Source: Eledone cirrhosa | Taxonomy: Eukaryota | DNA length: 64,000 nt | Direction: 5' to 3' | NCBI GenBank assembly: GCA_964016885.1 | Contig: OZ024741.1 | Coordinates: 151,218,001-151,282,000 of the forward strand | Shown here: positions 39,725 through 53,525 of the stretch, one piece after another | How the letters are laid out: each line of letters starts with the position of its first letter | Position numbering within the stretch: the first letter of the stretch is position 1 | Program-made: the position numbers and the translations under genes | Notes under the pieces: generated by a model | What the model was told of the DNA's origin: nothing | Database searches by the model: none | The model's input: only the letters and a program-made list of their open reading frames with translations

Positions 39725-42036
39725 TAAATTTATAATTATATTTAAACGTTGAGTTCAATCTATGTCTGCAGCAACTGAATAAATTATTCCTTAAATTTAG
39801 GGAATTTTTGGTCTTCAATTTAAAGAATATTTCCTCTATACAAAGATCGCAATTTTCTGAAGAGGAATTAAAAGGAGTAGCTTATGAAATAATATTCCAA
39901 ATGAGCGAATATTCAACATTATCTCGTTTTAGGTCCCATAATAGGCTAGATAGCGAAGTTGAAGATTTTTTGTTGGGATCTGTAAAAGAATTTTTATGAT
40001 TATTGAAGCGGGATTTAAACTCTGTGGATGTAGACCCGACATAATTAAATGAATTTAAATTAGTTTTTACATTTTTAGCTAAGCAATTGTTATTTAACGG
40101 ACAGTTGGATTTATTTCTACAGTTACAATTATTCGATTGCTTGGGTTATTATTGGTATTTTGGTTAGGTTTTAAATTTCTATTATTAATTCTATTAATAT
40201 TGGGTTATTATTGGTATTATTCGATTGCTTGGGTTATTATTGGTATTTTGGTTAGGTTTTAAATTTCTATTATTAATTCTATTAATATTTTGCGCTAAAT
40301 TTTTGGTGGAAGAGTAAGTTAATTTTATAGTATGTCTATTATAAATTGAGTAATATCTATGTGTTCTAGGGAAGCGTTTGTCGAGAGCTTTAAAGAATAG
40401 TTTAGCAATAGGGGTTTTAATATTTAGTGAGAAAGGAGGAGCGAACCATAATATATTCCTAGTTCTATTTCTTTTACGGCTTTCGGAATTATTGTAATGT
40501 CTTCTATCATAGTTGTTAAAATTGTTATTATTTTGGTTAGTTTTTATAGTATTATTATTATCGATGTATTTAATTTTATTTCTATACCCAGCTCTACCTA
40601 ACGCTTCGTTGTAATAATGCGCTTTTTCATCAAATATATTCTTATTAGATGAAATTCTCGAAATTCGTTCTTGTACAGAGTTCACTATAGTATTTTTAAC
40701 GGATCTGGGGTGATTAGAGTTAAAATTGACATAATTTAAGTTCTCATTTAGTTTGTGAAATGGATAATGAAGACATGTGTTAAGATTTAGTGTTACATCT
40801 AGAAAAATTGACTATTTTATGGTTATTCTCTATTTCTACTTTTAGATTAAGGTAATTAAAAAATTGTATAATATGTTTTCTTTTTCTATTTAGTTTACAG
40901 CTATTATTTTCTATAAGTAAAAGCATGTCGTCACGATATAAACCTCCGTTTACACCTGGTATTTTTCTATGTAGAGAATTAATTATAAATAGGCCCACAA
41001 GGTCCGTTACTTGAGCTGAGTCTGAAGATCCCATAGTTATGTCGAAATTATTATTTCTATCTGCCCTAGTCCAGAGTTGGTTATTAAATTCTATTAATGT
41101 TTTCCGTGCCGATAATATAATGTGCATTTCATTGCTAGTTATGTCTGTATGTTTAAATGCGTAAGTTAGTGCCTTATTCAGTAGATTAGGAGTGATAGAT
41201 GAGTAGTAGTTAGCAATATCCAACTGAATAAACTTATTATTATAGTTATATTTAATTTCTTTAAACCAATCGATAACCTCACTAGTCCCTTTCCATAATT
41301 TTAAGTAAGATAAATTAGGTAAATTATTAATTTGCGGTATTATTCTGTCTTGAATATTTTTGCTAAGTCTGCCGAGGTCAGATTTAGATGGTGCAATTAA
41401 TCTGACTGGTAAATCATTTTCAAAGTTTCTTTTATGATCCTTCATATTAATCTTAGGTTTCCTTGGCATGAAGGGTTGTGTTTTATTTTCAATGTCTAGT
41501 TCATGCATTATACAAGAGGCATCTGTATTCAGTTTTTCAAGTTCGTCTTTATTTGCTACTTTGTATTTCTTCCTTAGTTCCTTTAATATAAGGTCGTTAT
41601 AAATGTCCTTTTGTATTCCGTAAAGATTATTGGTTTTGTCCGACTTGACTAGAATTTTCTCCGTTTTCTTCAAGTTTTCAATATTATCATTAATATTTCT
41701 TAAGTAATCTTGGCCTTTGAAGTTGTTTTTGAATTTGATGCTTTGGATGATAGATATGATATCATTTTCAAAATCCATTAGTAGTTTGTTGGGGGGTGGA
41801 TTTTTTTTAGATTTGAAGATTTTATCCAGATTTGAAACATTTTCATTTAGATTAGATTTATCGAAGTGGAAAGCACGCCACCTGATTCTTCTTATAAAAG
41901 AGTCTGATTTTTCTATTAATTGTTTAATAAAATCGTTATTCCTAGGTAGAGGTATGTCTTTTAGAGAAGAAGAGATCTTAAAGAATTCCATTTTCCAGTT
42001 AAAGCGCTCAACAATACAGGAGCAGAGTATATGCAA
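39725..42036 (-). pseudogene. Penelope RT plus GIY-YIG endonuclease ORF, frameshifted
   Basis: QLDIANYYSSI, DITMGSSDSAQVTDLVG, GGLYRDD, WFAPPFS, then CNCRNKSNCPLNNNC, YVGSTSTEFKSRFNNH and CDLCIEE. Frameshift near 40790 and a ~68-bp duplication (40131-40198 / 40219-40286). Confidence 0.92.
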
Positions 42037-42162
42037 AAGTTCTATTTAAATTGTTGGGATACAACAAGCAAATATTTTTATAACTGATATAAAGCACTCG
42101 ACAAGTATTTGGAGTAAATATACGATATTAACAAATGGAAACTATATTTATAAAACCATATC

Positions 42163-42227
42163 TATTTTATTATACATATTTCAAGGATACCAGGTTAAAT
42201 TATGGTATGCTTTCATCAGACAAAATA
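42163..42227 (-). ncRNA. Hammerhead ribozyme in 5' pLTR
   Basis: Same motif as 38096-38160 with one stem II change. Confidence 0.85.
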
Positions 42228-43257
42228 CAATATATACCAGTTTTATAAATAAATTTTGACATACTCTTTCAAAATGCAACCGTTACTTTTGGAAGACATC
42301 AGGGATATTGGATTTGTTTATCTTAGTAAGTCATTGTGTTACGGAGAAGGAAAAAGACGGAGAGAGAGAAAAACCGAGAGAGAGAAAAGTTGAGAAAGAA
42401 AGGGAGATATAAAGAAAGAAAAAGAGAAAAAAGAAAAAAGAAAAAAGAAAAAAGAAAAAAGAAAAAAGAAAAAAGAAAAAAGAAAAAAGAAAAAAGAAAA
42501 AAGAAAAAAGGAAAAAGAAAAAGTAGAGAGAGATATCAAAACACCAGACAGAGAGAACAAATCAAGAGAGAGAAATATAGAGATAGAGAGAGGGGGAGAG
42601 AACGAAAACCTTAAGTCATGTCATATTAAGTTAAGTTAACAATTGAGATGAAATGAATAAATAAAATTAGAAATATTAATATTCATGAATGGAATATACA
42701 TATATAATATGAGAAATTAATCATTGTTTAACTATGATTAGATATTTAGTTTAAAAGTTGAGATCAATATATTAAAAATTGGAATTTAAACATTAAGAAA
42801 TCTATATATTGCTAGAGAAAATTACCTATCATATAACACGTACACACACGCAAAAAATACACATAAATATATATATATACACACTCAGAAGATACACATT
42901 ATATCTACTCCCGTATATAATATATACATACAAAGCATAAATGATTTTTTTTATTATTAATGTTATACATCCCTTGTGTTATTAAATAAAAATGTTTAAT
43001 ATATATATATATAAATATATAGGATTAGTCTTCATGCATTTATGGCTGTTAAATAGAGAGATAGAGAGAGGGGGAGAGAACGAAAACCTTAAGTCATGTC
43101 ATATTAAGTTAAGTTAACAATTGAGATGAAATGAATAAATAAAATTAGAAATATTAATATTCATGAATGGAATAGACATATATATACATATATAGTATGA
43201 GAAATTAATCATTGTTTAATTATGATTAGATATTTAGTTTAAAACTGGTATATATTG

Positions 43258-43322
43258 TATTTTGTCTGATGAAAGCATACCATAATTTAACATGGTATCC
43301 TTGAAATATGTATAATAAAATA
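43258..43322 (+). ncRNA. Hammerhead ribozyme in inverted pLTR fragment
   Basis: Same motif on the plus strand. Confidence 0.85.
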
Positions 43323-43361
43323 GATATGGTTTTATAAATATAGTTTCCATTTGTTAATATC

Positions 43362-43431
<70 letters not shown>

Positions 43432-43689
43432 GCTGATATTAGGGTGCTTATCTATGAACATCACGGAGATAATCCGGTTAAAGGTACTCTACGTCAGTGT
43501 TTTTCTAGCGATTAAATGTTTTTCTTTTTCAATTTACAGATGTTATGTTTACATAATTGTATTATTCATTACAATATACGTTGGATGGATTTACATCAAT
43601 ATGGCAATACGTTACTTGTGGCATATCACCAAATCAAAAGAACCACTTCAAGGAATTGTGTTAGCATTTGATCATATCATACTGGTGCT

Positions 43690-43830
43690 AGTTGATATCG
43701 GTAGAGCATTAGACACCGTGCTTTGCAGCATAGAGTTATACTGAGTTCAAATCCCGCCAATGTTAACTTTGCTTTTCATGCTTACACACTAGGATAATTG
43801 CTGGCTTTGTGCCAAAAGTAGAAACAATTA
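43690..43830 (+). mobile_element. Degenerate SINE
   Basis: GAGTTCAAATCCCGCC and the family tail. Confidence 0.7.
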
Positions 43831-44299
43831 TCTATTAACTACCTACCATGTTATTGAAATACGTATAGTGTAATAAATACACCTATGTAAACAGAACATG
43901 TCTTGACGTTATTTCGTATACACAAACACACATACACGCACGCACACACACACACACACACACACACAGATATATATATGTATGTATATATATACGAAAT
44001 AACGTGAAGATGTTTGCATAACTGGTTGAATTTATTACATTATACGTATATATATATATATATAGAGAGAGAGATGGATTTATAAAATTAAAATTGAGCT
44101 GTAAAATTTGAAATTGCACAAAGTCATTATTATTATTTTGTAACTCTTATTCACTCTCTTTCCCTTTAAAACTGGTACAAACCTGATCTTTCTAGCTACC
44201 CCCCCTCTCTCTCTCTCTATATATATATATATGCTTGCTGAACACACAAGCCGAAAACCATTGGCGCCGCCGTCAGGTTTTTCACATCTCTCTCCCCCC

Positions 44300-44340
<41 letters not shown>

Positions 44341-44391
44341 AATCAGGAAAGAAAAGTGACACGGTTTGCTATAAAAAAAAGGTTTTTAATC

Positions 44392-44514
44392 TCATTGCTG
44401 ACAATTGTTTCTCTGAACTGGTAGGTGTAGAGATCGCTATCCGCTTATTTTCGCGTTACTCGACCGCCAATACAAAATTATAACCAGTCAGTTCATCGGA
44501 GCTTGCGAAAATGA
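44392..44514 (-). ncRNA. Variant HHR, inverted copy
   Basis: Reverse complement of 46446-46568. Confidence 0.6.
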
Positions 44515-44822
44515 AGAGAATATACAGGCATGAGAAGAATATACAGGCTACTATATGTAGAAGTAATGGCATTCAGTTAGAACAATAACAACAATATCAA
44601 CAATGCTAGCAATAAATTATTTGAAATAATCACAACATCAATCTAGGTGGGAAGTATAGTATATCTATGATTTTAGCGTGTAAAACTAGCTGACATGAGG
44701 CAGATGTATAAAATTGACATGTAAAGACTGTCGTAGGGTGTATTATATCAAGTGTAAAGATAAGCTGGTATTTTTAAACAATATAGGTCAGGTGGCCGTA
44801 ATAGTCGGTTTTTATCTGACCG

Positions 44823-45743
44823 ATGAAAAATAGAAGTAACTGGACTAGACATAGGGTTAGGCACGTAGCACCTAGAGTGAACGGTCAAAACACTAATAAC
44901 GTACACCCAAGAAACAATAGAAGAATCAGAGAAAGAAAATACCTATGGTTCAACCCAATCTTCAACTCCTCTGTAAAAACCAGACTGCCTTCTACATTCT
45001 TTAAACTAATAGATAAACACTTCCCTATTTCACATAGATATCATAAAATACTCAATAGAAATACTATAAAACTCTCATACTCTACGGCAGCAAATATAGA
45101 ATCGCACATACGCAAGATAAACCACAGAAATATCTCTAGGGAATCCGCCCCACCTATGCGCAACATAGCACCAAATGATAAGCATAAACACATCACAGTA
45201 TCACAACCGCAAGCACATACAAGCGCGCAGCAACAAAACCCCAACGGGCATGAATCACAACCCACTTATAGCAGAGTACTAAACAGCAGTGTAGAAGCTG
45301 CACGAAATAACACCTCAAACTGTAACTGTCACCTACCGGATAGGTGCCCATTGGCGAATAGATGCCCCGATTCGAGCCTAGTGTACATGTGTACGGTCAA
45401 CTCAGACAACTCCACCTGGCATTACATTGGATCCACCGCGGGTACTTTTAAAAAAAGATGGTATGTGCACAGGCACACGATGAAAAATCGTGCACTTATG
45501 GGTTCTACAACCCTCGCCAAAAAAATATGGGAACTGAAGGACAACACTAGCTACAGTATCAACTGGTCGAGGTGGTCGGCTGCTAAAACCTACAGTACAG
45601 GTATGTCCCACTGTGGGCTATGTGATCCAGAACTACTGTATATCCTTAAAAATGTAAAAAGGCTACTTAACAACAAGTTAGAAAGATCTACTATCTGGAG
45701 ACATAGGATCGCCACTAAATTCATAAGATTTAAACCTCCATGA
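44823..45743 (+). CDS. PLE linker plus GIY-YIG endonuclease, without RT
   Basis: WFNPIFN, CNCHLPDRCPLANRC, LVY..YIGSTAGTFKKRWYVH, TTLAKKIWELK, CGLC; 306 aa open. Confidence 0.85.
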   Translation: MKNRSNWTRHRVRHVAPRVNGQNTNNVHPRNNRRIRERKYLWFNPIFNSSVKTRLPSTFFKLIDKHFPISHRYHKILNRNTIKLSYSTAANIESHIRKINHRNISRESAPPMRNIAPNDKHKHITVSQPQAHTSAQQQNPNGHESQPTYSRVLNSSVEAARNNTSNCNCHLPDRCPLANRCPDSSLVYMCTVNSDNSTWHYIGSTAGTFKKRWYVHRHTMKNRALMGSTTLAKKIWELKDNTSYSINWSRWSAAKTYSTGMSHCGLCDPELLYILKNVKRLLNNKLERSTIWRHRIATKFIRFKPP

Positions 45744-46445
45744 ATCGAACCGACATAACATAGCTTTCAACTAGAATACCCACTACTCTGCACGAATCAC
45801 CACAGAAATACAATCATTAAGTACATTCTAGCCTTCTTAGTTCTATACCACACTAATGTCTGTAAGTACCTCATCAACCCATAAACTTATCTCTTCTCAA
45901 CTGCTAAATCCAAGAACATTTCAAAATACTACTACAACAGAACTTTACCTTCCTCTTGCTATAATTATAGTCAGCATGTTTTCTCTTTGTATGTGTGTAT
46001 GTATTTGTATGTGCGTGTGTATATATATGTATATGTTTGTGTGCATGTGTGTGTGTATATATATGTATATATATATATATATATTACCTCCTTAACCTCT
46101 GTATTAACTTGCCCATTATTTAGCTACATTGATAAATACTTCATCGGTCAGATAAAAACCGACTATTACGGACACCTGACCTACATTGTTTAAAAACAGC
46201 TTATCTTTACACTTGATATAATACACCCTACGACAGTCTTTACATGTCAATTTTATACATCTGCCTCATGTCAGCTAGTTTTACACGCTAAACTCATAGA
46301 TATACTATACTTCCCACCTTAATGTTGTGATTATTTCAAATAATTTATTGCTAGCATTGTTGATATTGTTGTTATTGTTCTAATTGAATGCCATTACTAC
46401 TACATATAGTAGCCTGTATATTCTTCTCATGCCTGTATATTCTCT

Positions 46446-46568
46446 TCATTTTCGCAAGCTCCGATGAACTGACTGGTTATAATTTTGTATTGGCGATCGA
46501 GTAACGCGAAAATAAGCAGATAGCGATCTCTAGACCTACCAGTTCAGAGAAACAATTGTCAGCAATGA
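46446..46568 (+). ncRNA. Variant hammerhead (CCGAUGA core, long loop II)
   Basis: gct CCGATGA actgactggt..(~60 nt)..accagttcaga GAAA caattg TC agc; stem I extends via tcatt/aatga. Confidence 0.6.
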
Positions 46569-46788
46569 GATTAAAAACCTTTTTTGTATAGCAAACCGTG
46601 TCACTCTTCTTTCCTGATTTATTATTACTCCAAGTGTTTACAACATAGGAATTACAGCGTAATCGCAGCATCACTATGGAAACGCCTTGTTGAGTCAAAC
46701 TTAGCCAAGTGTTGATATCATCCATTATCGGGAGTACCATAACTGGACTACACCTAAGTGGACTGCATATAACTATTATTTGTTACCC

Positions 46789-46874
<86 letters not shown>

Positions 46875-46877
<3 letters not shown>

Positions 46878-47090
46878 CAATGAAGTTATTATGTAATATA
46901 CATTTTCATGTTGATGGACACCGAACATCGGGCCGAGATGGTGTGCGGGAGCCCATCTGCAGGGCGTCTTGTGCTCCCAACAGACAGAATGGAGTATATG
47001 TTGTCCTGAAGAATGATGAGGGAGACGCGTTGGGATAGCCATTCCACCAAACGTGTCTCCCTTTGACGTATGGTCAACTCCGGCCCGATA
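46875..47090 (-). mobile_element. Possible 3' end of a CRE-like non-LTR element
   Basis: RETRLVEWLSQRVSLIILQDNIYSIL resembles the CRE C-terminal WLxQRxSxxIxRGNA pattern; ends at (TA)n. Confidence 0.4.
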
Positions 47091-47294
47091 ATAAAAGTTT
47101 CCCTGCAACAGTTTCTACCGGCAAACTTATCAGAGAGCGCCTGATATTTCGACAGTTTTCCCCCATTTCAAATGGAGAAAAAGGAAAAACGGAAGTGGAA
47201 AGAGAACTTTATGAAAAAGTTAGTAATTGTTACCTGGTCACCTGGTCGACACAATGGACCATATCTTTCACACACACACACGCACCACGCACTC

Positions 47295-47384
<90 letters not shown>

Positions 47385-47385
47385 A

Positions 47386-47433
<48 letters not shown>

Positions 47434-47688
47434 GTCTGGCTAACTATCTAACTGTCTGGCTACTTATCTAAGGAAATGCAGACATAAAAGGATGATATAT
47501 ATTTATATTCATATATACAACCCCCCCCCCCCTCCCCCACTCACACACATACATGTATGCATATGGGCGTATGACTATATGTATTTGACATCTGTTAAAA
47601 CGAAGCATACCAATTGCTTTCCTAATTAACTATTTGAGCTCATGAATTGACTTACCGAAAACGATGTTGCTTCAGGCCAAAAGTATAT

Positions 47689-47749
<61 letters not shown>

Positions 47750-47750
47750 A

Positions 47751-47865
<115 letters not shown>

Positions 47866-48255
47866 AGAGAGAAAGAGAGAGAGATAATGAACAGCAAAGA
47901 AAACAAAAAAAACAAATAACAAAAGCAAAACAAAGTGGGCAAAAATCAGAGCAACGTTAGCGGCAAGTAGCAGGAACCATGATTGATTCTTAAAGTACAT
48001 ATTTGATTATATATCGTGGGTCTTTCTGTCTGTTGAAGACTCATTATATATCTGAATATGGCCAATGTGGGGAAGACAAAGAATCTAATTAATTCTCGCA
48101 GCTCTAATAATTAATGTCGCAGCAAAGAGAAACGGAATTATACGCACGTATGCGCGCACACACGCACACGTACACATAAGTATATATATATATATATATA
48201 TATACATATATAAATTTTCTATATTAAATCTTATATATGTATATATATATATATG

Positions 48256-48308
<53 letters not shown>

Positions 48309-48336
48309 AATATATACATATATACATGCACATACA

Positions 48337-48391
<55 letters not shown>

Positions 48392-48554
48392 ATATATGTA
48401 TAGTATATGTACAGAAAAACACACACACATTCATGTACGCAGGTATATATAAGTTTGAAGAAGAAAATGGTGAGAATTATTCTTATTATTATACAGTACA
48501 GAACTGTTCAATATGAACTTAATTGAAAACGACTCTTGTTTAACACGATCGGTC

Positions 48555-48760
48555 AAACTTATCAAACTACAGAAGATATAAGCGTCACTGCGGTGGTGTC
48601 GAACACTTCGGAAATCGAAGTTGTTGGCAACTTGTTAGATGAATATGAAACGTTGACAGGAGGAAAAATCAACCCTGATATGTCGGTGGGTTTGCAGTCC
48701 TTCACCAGGAGAGACAAATCTACGCCGTTCAACGAAACGGACACATTGCTTGAGGTTTAG
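48555..48760 (+). pseudogene. L1/Tx1 RT fragment
   Basis: LLDEYETLTGGKINPDMSVGL resembles the region after YADD. Confidence 0.5.
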
Positions 48761-48899
48761 TGAAGTCTTTCTGATAGATAAGAACTGGGACGAGATAACG
48801 AGCAGAGTGGTCACTTTCATCCATAGAAATGAGATTTGATATTTTACAAGAACTGGAGAGGGTTTGTATTTCTACCAGTTTTTTAATGATAGGGTCAGG

Positions 48900-49395
48900 T
48901 CTATGTCCTAATCCCATCCTAATGTTGTCTCTAAACAGTTTTATATCTGATAGTTGACTTCGTAATTGCTAGTCACTTTTGAAAAGAGACTTAGATCATT
49001 CATGTAAAAGAGATGATGTATAGTTTGATTATACATTTTATAATTTTGAATAATCCGGATAGAGGTATTAGAGTAGTGCTGATAGAGAATCACCCTGACA
49101 AATGCTATATGATATTTTAACATTTTCCGAATTCAGAGACTTCTCATAATGAAAAACAAGTGTAGTTTTCAAAGATTTCATAAAATCAGATGGAAAGTTT
49201 CTTAAAATAGATGATATTTTATAATTTTCTAAGCATTTCTCGATCCCTCTCTGTAATAGATTGTCAAAATTATTTTTACTGTCTATCAAACCTATTTCTA
49301 ACTTTTTGTGCTGGTTTTTACAATTTTTAAAAGGTGATCTGGATATTTGTCTAGCTTTCAGTCTGGAGATGTTAAGTAGGTTGTACATATACTTA
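48900..49395 (-). pseudogene. R4/Dong-type RT fragment
   Basis: ICQGDSLSALL, IHHLFYMNDL. Confidence 0.75.
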
Positions 49396-49439
49396 CAGCC
49401 ACAATAACAAATACAAACCAGTTTATGGTCATTGTCCTT

Positions 49440-49720
49440 TGCCTAAGTGGATTAGCAAAGTGGTCAGAGCATCGGATTATATTCGGTGCAGTATTTGCTC
49501 AGGCTTTCTGCACTCTGAGTTGAAATCCCGTCGATTTCAGCTTTTACCTTTCGTCCTTACCAGGAAAGTAAATAAAATTACATTTGCATGGCGGTGGACT
49601 GGTGGAATTGTTGTACGCCAGACATATTGCCTTGCAGTATCTGTTCCAGCTCTCTGCGCTCCGAGTTTAAATCCTGCCAAAGTCAACTTCTGCTTTTTAT
49701 CATTTCGAGGTCGATAAAGT
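49440..49720 (+). mobile_element. Two degenerate SINEs
   Basis: GAGTT.AAATCC and CATTTCGAGGTCGATAAAG. Confidence 0.6.
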
Positions 49721-50678
49721 ACACATTCACGACGGTGAATTGGCGGAATTGTTAGAACGACGTTGTCTTTTTGGTCTGCCTATTATAACCAAAGGGAAAA
49801 TACCACCGTTTTAATGACTTTCTCAACCTTAGACATGAAACGAATAAATACGGTCAAATCAGATGTTGAAGTGGCATATTCGTATTTGGTCCTCAAGGAT
49901 TCGGTGTCCACCAATACAATTACACCAAGTCGGACGTCGGATGTCATTGAGGGTGAGGGGTTTCTGTTCGGGATTGTATAGATTCATAGGGTGGAAACAA
50001 CAGAAACGTAAATACATTAAGATGAAATACAAATGTCTGAAATCCCAGATTGTCATTTCTTACGGGATCTGAACTTAGACTACCCTATGATCAAATTCAG
50101 GGATCGCCTTCATGGAATACACGACCCGCCATCTACGCTACCCCAAGTAAAATAATAAAATAAATAAATCAGTAAACTGAATATAAAATTGACGATAAAA
50201 ACCAATTATTTATAAATCAGAAATCTGTATAAGGAAATTTGATTTTATTGTAATATTCCATGTATTTATATTTCTCGTTCAAATGTTAGGTTTTGACCCT
50301 AAAAACCAATCGACTCCTTGAAAAGACACATTGACCACCGAGGATCAATCTCAACCGTTTGGGGAGGGGACACCTAATATAGCTTTTAGTGATTGCTGAC
50401 CCAACCGCTACTTACGCAAGCCATCATCAGTTTCTTTGGATTCCACAACGAGCTAGTATCCATTGCAGTGTGTTTTCAAAGTGTAAATACTTCAACAACT
50501 AGAATGAACTGCCATTGACATGTTTCAGTAAGAAAGATATATGTTCAGATTTGTCTGTTATATGCCAAAGTGGTTACCAACTACGACAATTTTGTCTATT
50601 TGAAATTATTTTGGCATTTTAATGGTCCAATAGTTAAATATGTTTTCATTCACTTATGTCTTATCGAAGACAAAGAGA

Positions 50679-50739
<61 letters not shown>

Positions 50740-51771
50740 CAACGACAACAGCGTCGACAACGACTCCTGAGGAGGAGGAGGAGGATGATGACGATGATGA
50801 TGATGTTGATAATGTTTATGATGATGTTGACAAAAACTAAGTTCTATCAAGATTTATTTGACCTTTCTTTATCCGGCTGTAGCAACATGTGAGGGAGATG
50901 TTGATGATATCAATGATATTGGGCGATGTGAGAGATGTTAACGATGTCGGCTATGTGAGTGATGGCTGTTGTTGGTGATGTGCCTGTTGTAGTCGATGTT
51001 GTAGAAACGCGGATATCATAGGCAATAGAAATGATACACTTTAATAAAATCTATCTATTACTATCCTGCAATCGAGACAGACGTTCACATAGCATCAATG
51101 GCTCTGGGCTATCTAAGATATTTATACGAATCTACATCAACACTGTTTATGTATGTATGTATGTGTGTGTGTATGTATGTATGTATGTATGTATGTATGT
51201 ATGTATGTATGTATGTATGTGGGTGTGTATGAATGTGTGTATGTGTGTGTGTATGTATGTATGTGTGTATGTGTGTATGTATGTATATATGTGTGTCTGT
51301 GTGTCTGTGGGTGTGTATGTATGTGTGTATGTGTGTATGTATGTATGTATGTATGTATGTATGTGTGTGTATGTGTATGTATGGGTGTGTATGAATGTGT
51401 GTGTGTATGTATGTATGTATGTATGTATATGTGTGTGTATGTATGTGTGTGTATGTATGTGTGTGTGTATGTATGTATGTATGTATGTGTGTGTGTATGT
51501 ATATGTATGTATGTGTGTGTGTATGTATGTATGTGAATGTATATATGTATGTATGTGTGTGTGTATGTATGTATGTGTGTGTATGTGTATGTATGTATGA
51601 GTGTGTGTACGTATGTATGTATATGTGTGTGTACGTATGTATGCATGTATGTGTGTGTATGTATGCATGTATGCATGCATGTATGTATGGTATGTGTATA
51701 TGCATGAATGTATGTATGGTATGCGCATATGTATATATGTATGTAAGTATGTATGCATGTATGTATGTATG

Positions 51772-51802
<31 letters not shown>

Positions 51803-51893
51803 GTATGTATGTATATGAGTCCGTATGTTTGATTATACACACATACACACACGCATGCACACACACACACAGACACACAGACACACACACGCG

Positions 51894-51931
<38 letters not shown>

Positions 51932-51979
51932 ACAGCTAATTGGTAACTCAGGATAATAATGAAAATGATGATGATGATG

Positions 51980-52050
<71 letters not shown>

Positions 52051-53194
52051 TGCAATGATGATGATAATGATAATGCTAACAACAACAAATCACAACAATA
52101 CTATGAACTACTCTTCGGTATTAGTGTCTGGAAGGAAATAAGAAAAAGACGTGAGCCCGCCCCCCCCCCCCCATCTCACCCCATGATATATAGATACAAT
52201 AGAACACGTGTAACCTGTGGCCAGGTAGAAAAGTGCAATACATTCTAAATTACCTTAATTAACACTAATGATATTCTCATTTTCTTAAAGGTTATTCTAT
52301 TTAAGTTCTTGTTATGTCTACGACGTCCAGCTTGTAAACTAACGTGTAAGAAGTTAGACGAAAATACATGGTTTATGGTTAAGGTGTTTGGCTCATAACC
52401 ACAAGTTTGTGAGTTCGATTCTCCGTGGGGCTTTATTGAATTTTCGTCCAATCTTTTCAAAGGAGAAAAAAAAAAGATGAATTGTACTTGTAATTCAAAT
52501 GACCAACCTTATCACTTTACATCTCGCTGAATCTCCCTGAGAATTACGCAATGGGTGCAGGTGTCTATGGAATGCTCAGACATTTGCACGTTTATCATGA
52601 GCAGGCTGTTACGTAGATTAAGCAAATGGAGTACTCGTCCGTCAAATGGTTGAGTATTCCACAGACACGTGTGTTTCCTTACATAATTCCCAAACTGAAT
52701 CAACGTAACACAATTTGCGGCAAGGCTGGATCATTGAATTCCAAGTACAGTCCCACTTGTATTAGAGTGTATGTGGCTGAGTATTCCACAGACACGTGTA
52801 TACTTAACGTAATTCCCAAGCCGAATCAACATGATACAATAGGTGACACATCTAGATTCAGTCCATCGTGTATTATAGAGTATGTACCTGAGTATTTGAA
52901 TTATAGCTGTAATACGATTCTATAATCCTTCCGGTGGGCTTCCAACCAGTTTTTGTCTGCTAACTTCATTCACATGGCTTGGATAGACCCTTACATAAGG
53001 AGCCACGAAGTGTAATCAAACGCGGAATCACAGGATTGCGAAGCTAACTTCTTAACCACTTCATCTCGCCTGCATTTACAGATGTGGCGTGTTACGCATA
53101 TATATAGCAATGGCCAGAGTGACTAATGTTCGAATCCTACTACGTATATCATGTTCCAAGATAATGGTGTTTCAACGTCACAATCTATCACAAC

Positions 53195-53525
53195 CGAATA
53201 GTTAGAACGTTGGACAATATGAGTTCTGAGTTCATTTCTCGTGGAGACCAACTTTTGTCTTTCCTTCTTTAGGGGCGGATAAATAAAGTACTAAGGGCAG
53301 TGAACTGGTTGAATTCATAGAGCGTTGGACAAGCTGGCTACTAATATGTGTTTCGGCTCTCTGCGTTCTGAATTGATTTCCATGGAGGCGAACTTTGCTT
53401 TTCGTTCTTCGGAGTCTGAGATGTAATGTACCATTATAGGTTAGTGGATTGGTTGAATTGTTAGAGTGCTGGACGTGATGGCTAGCAGGATTTGCTTTGG
53501 TTCTTTATTCTGAGTTCAAACCTAC
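53195..53525 (+). mobile_element. Cluster of three old SINE heads
   Basis: Repeated AGAGCGTTGGAC..TTCTGAGTTC motifs. Confidence 0.55.

Larger units (their letters stand above)
37963..43362 (-). mobile_element. Near full-length Penelope-like element (Naiad-type) with direct pLTRs and a 5' inverted fragment, in (TA)n
   Basis: Direct repeats 37963-38923 and 42029-43053 around an RT/GIY-YIG ORF. Extra duplication 43054-43243. Inverted piece 43245-43362. (TA)n on both sides. Confidence 0.92.
44340..46790 (+). mobile_element. 5'-truncated Penelope-like element with a ~480-bp inverted pLTR
   Basis: IR 44340-44827 vs 46140-46620 surrounding a GIY-YIG ORF; (TA)n flanks. Confidence 0.9.

Noticed and set aside
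38269-42614. Duplicated Lys/Arg/Glu-rich ORFs
   Set aside because: Low-complexity purine tract within the PLE pLTRs.
45690-45705. Selenocysteine relic (TGG at a conserved Cys position, WRH)
   Set aside because: TGG is equally one step from TGT/TGC; no in-frame TGA or SECIS identified.
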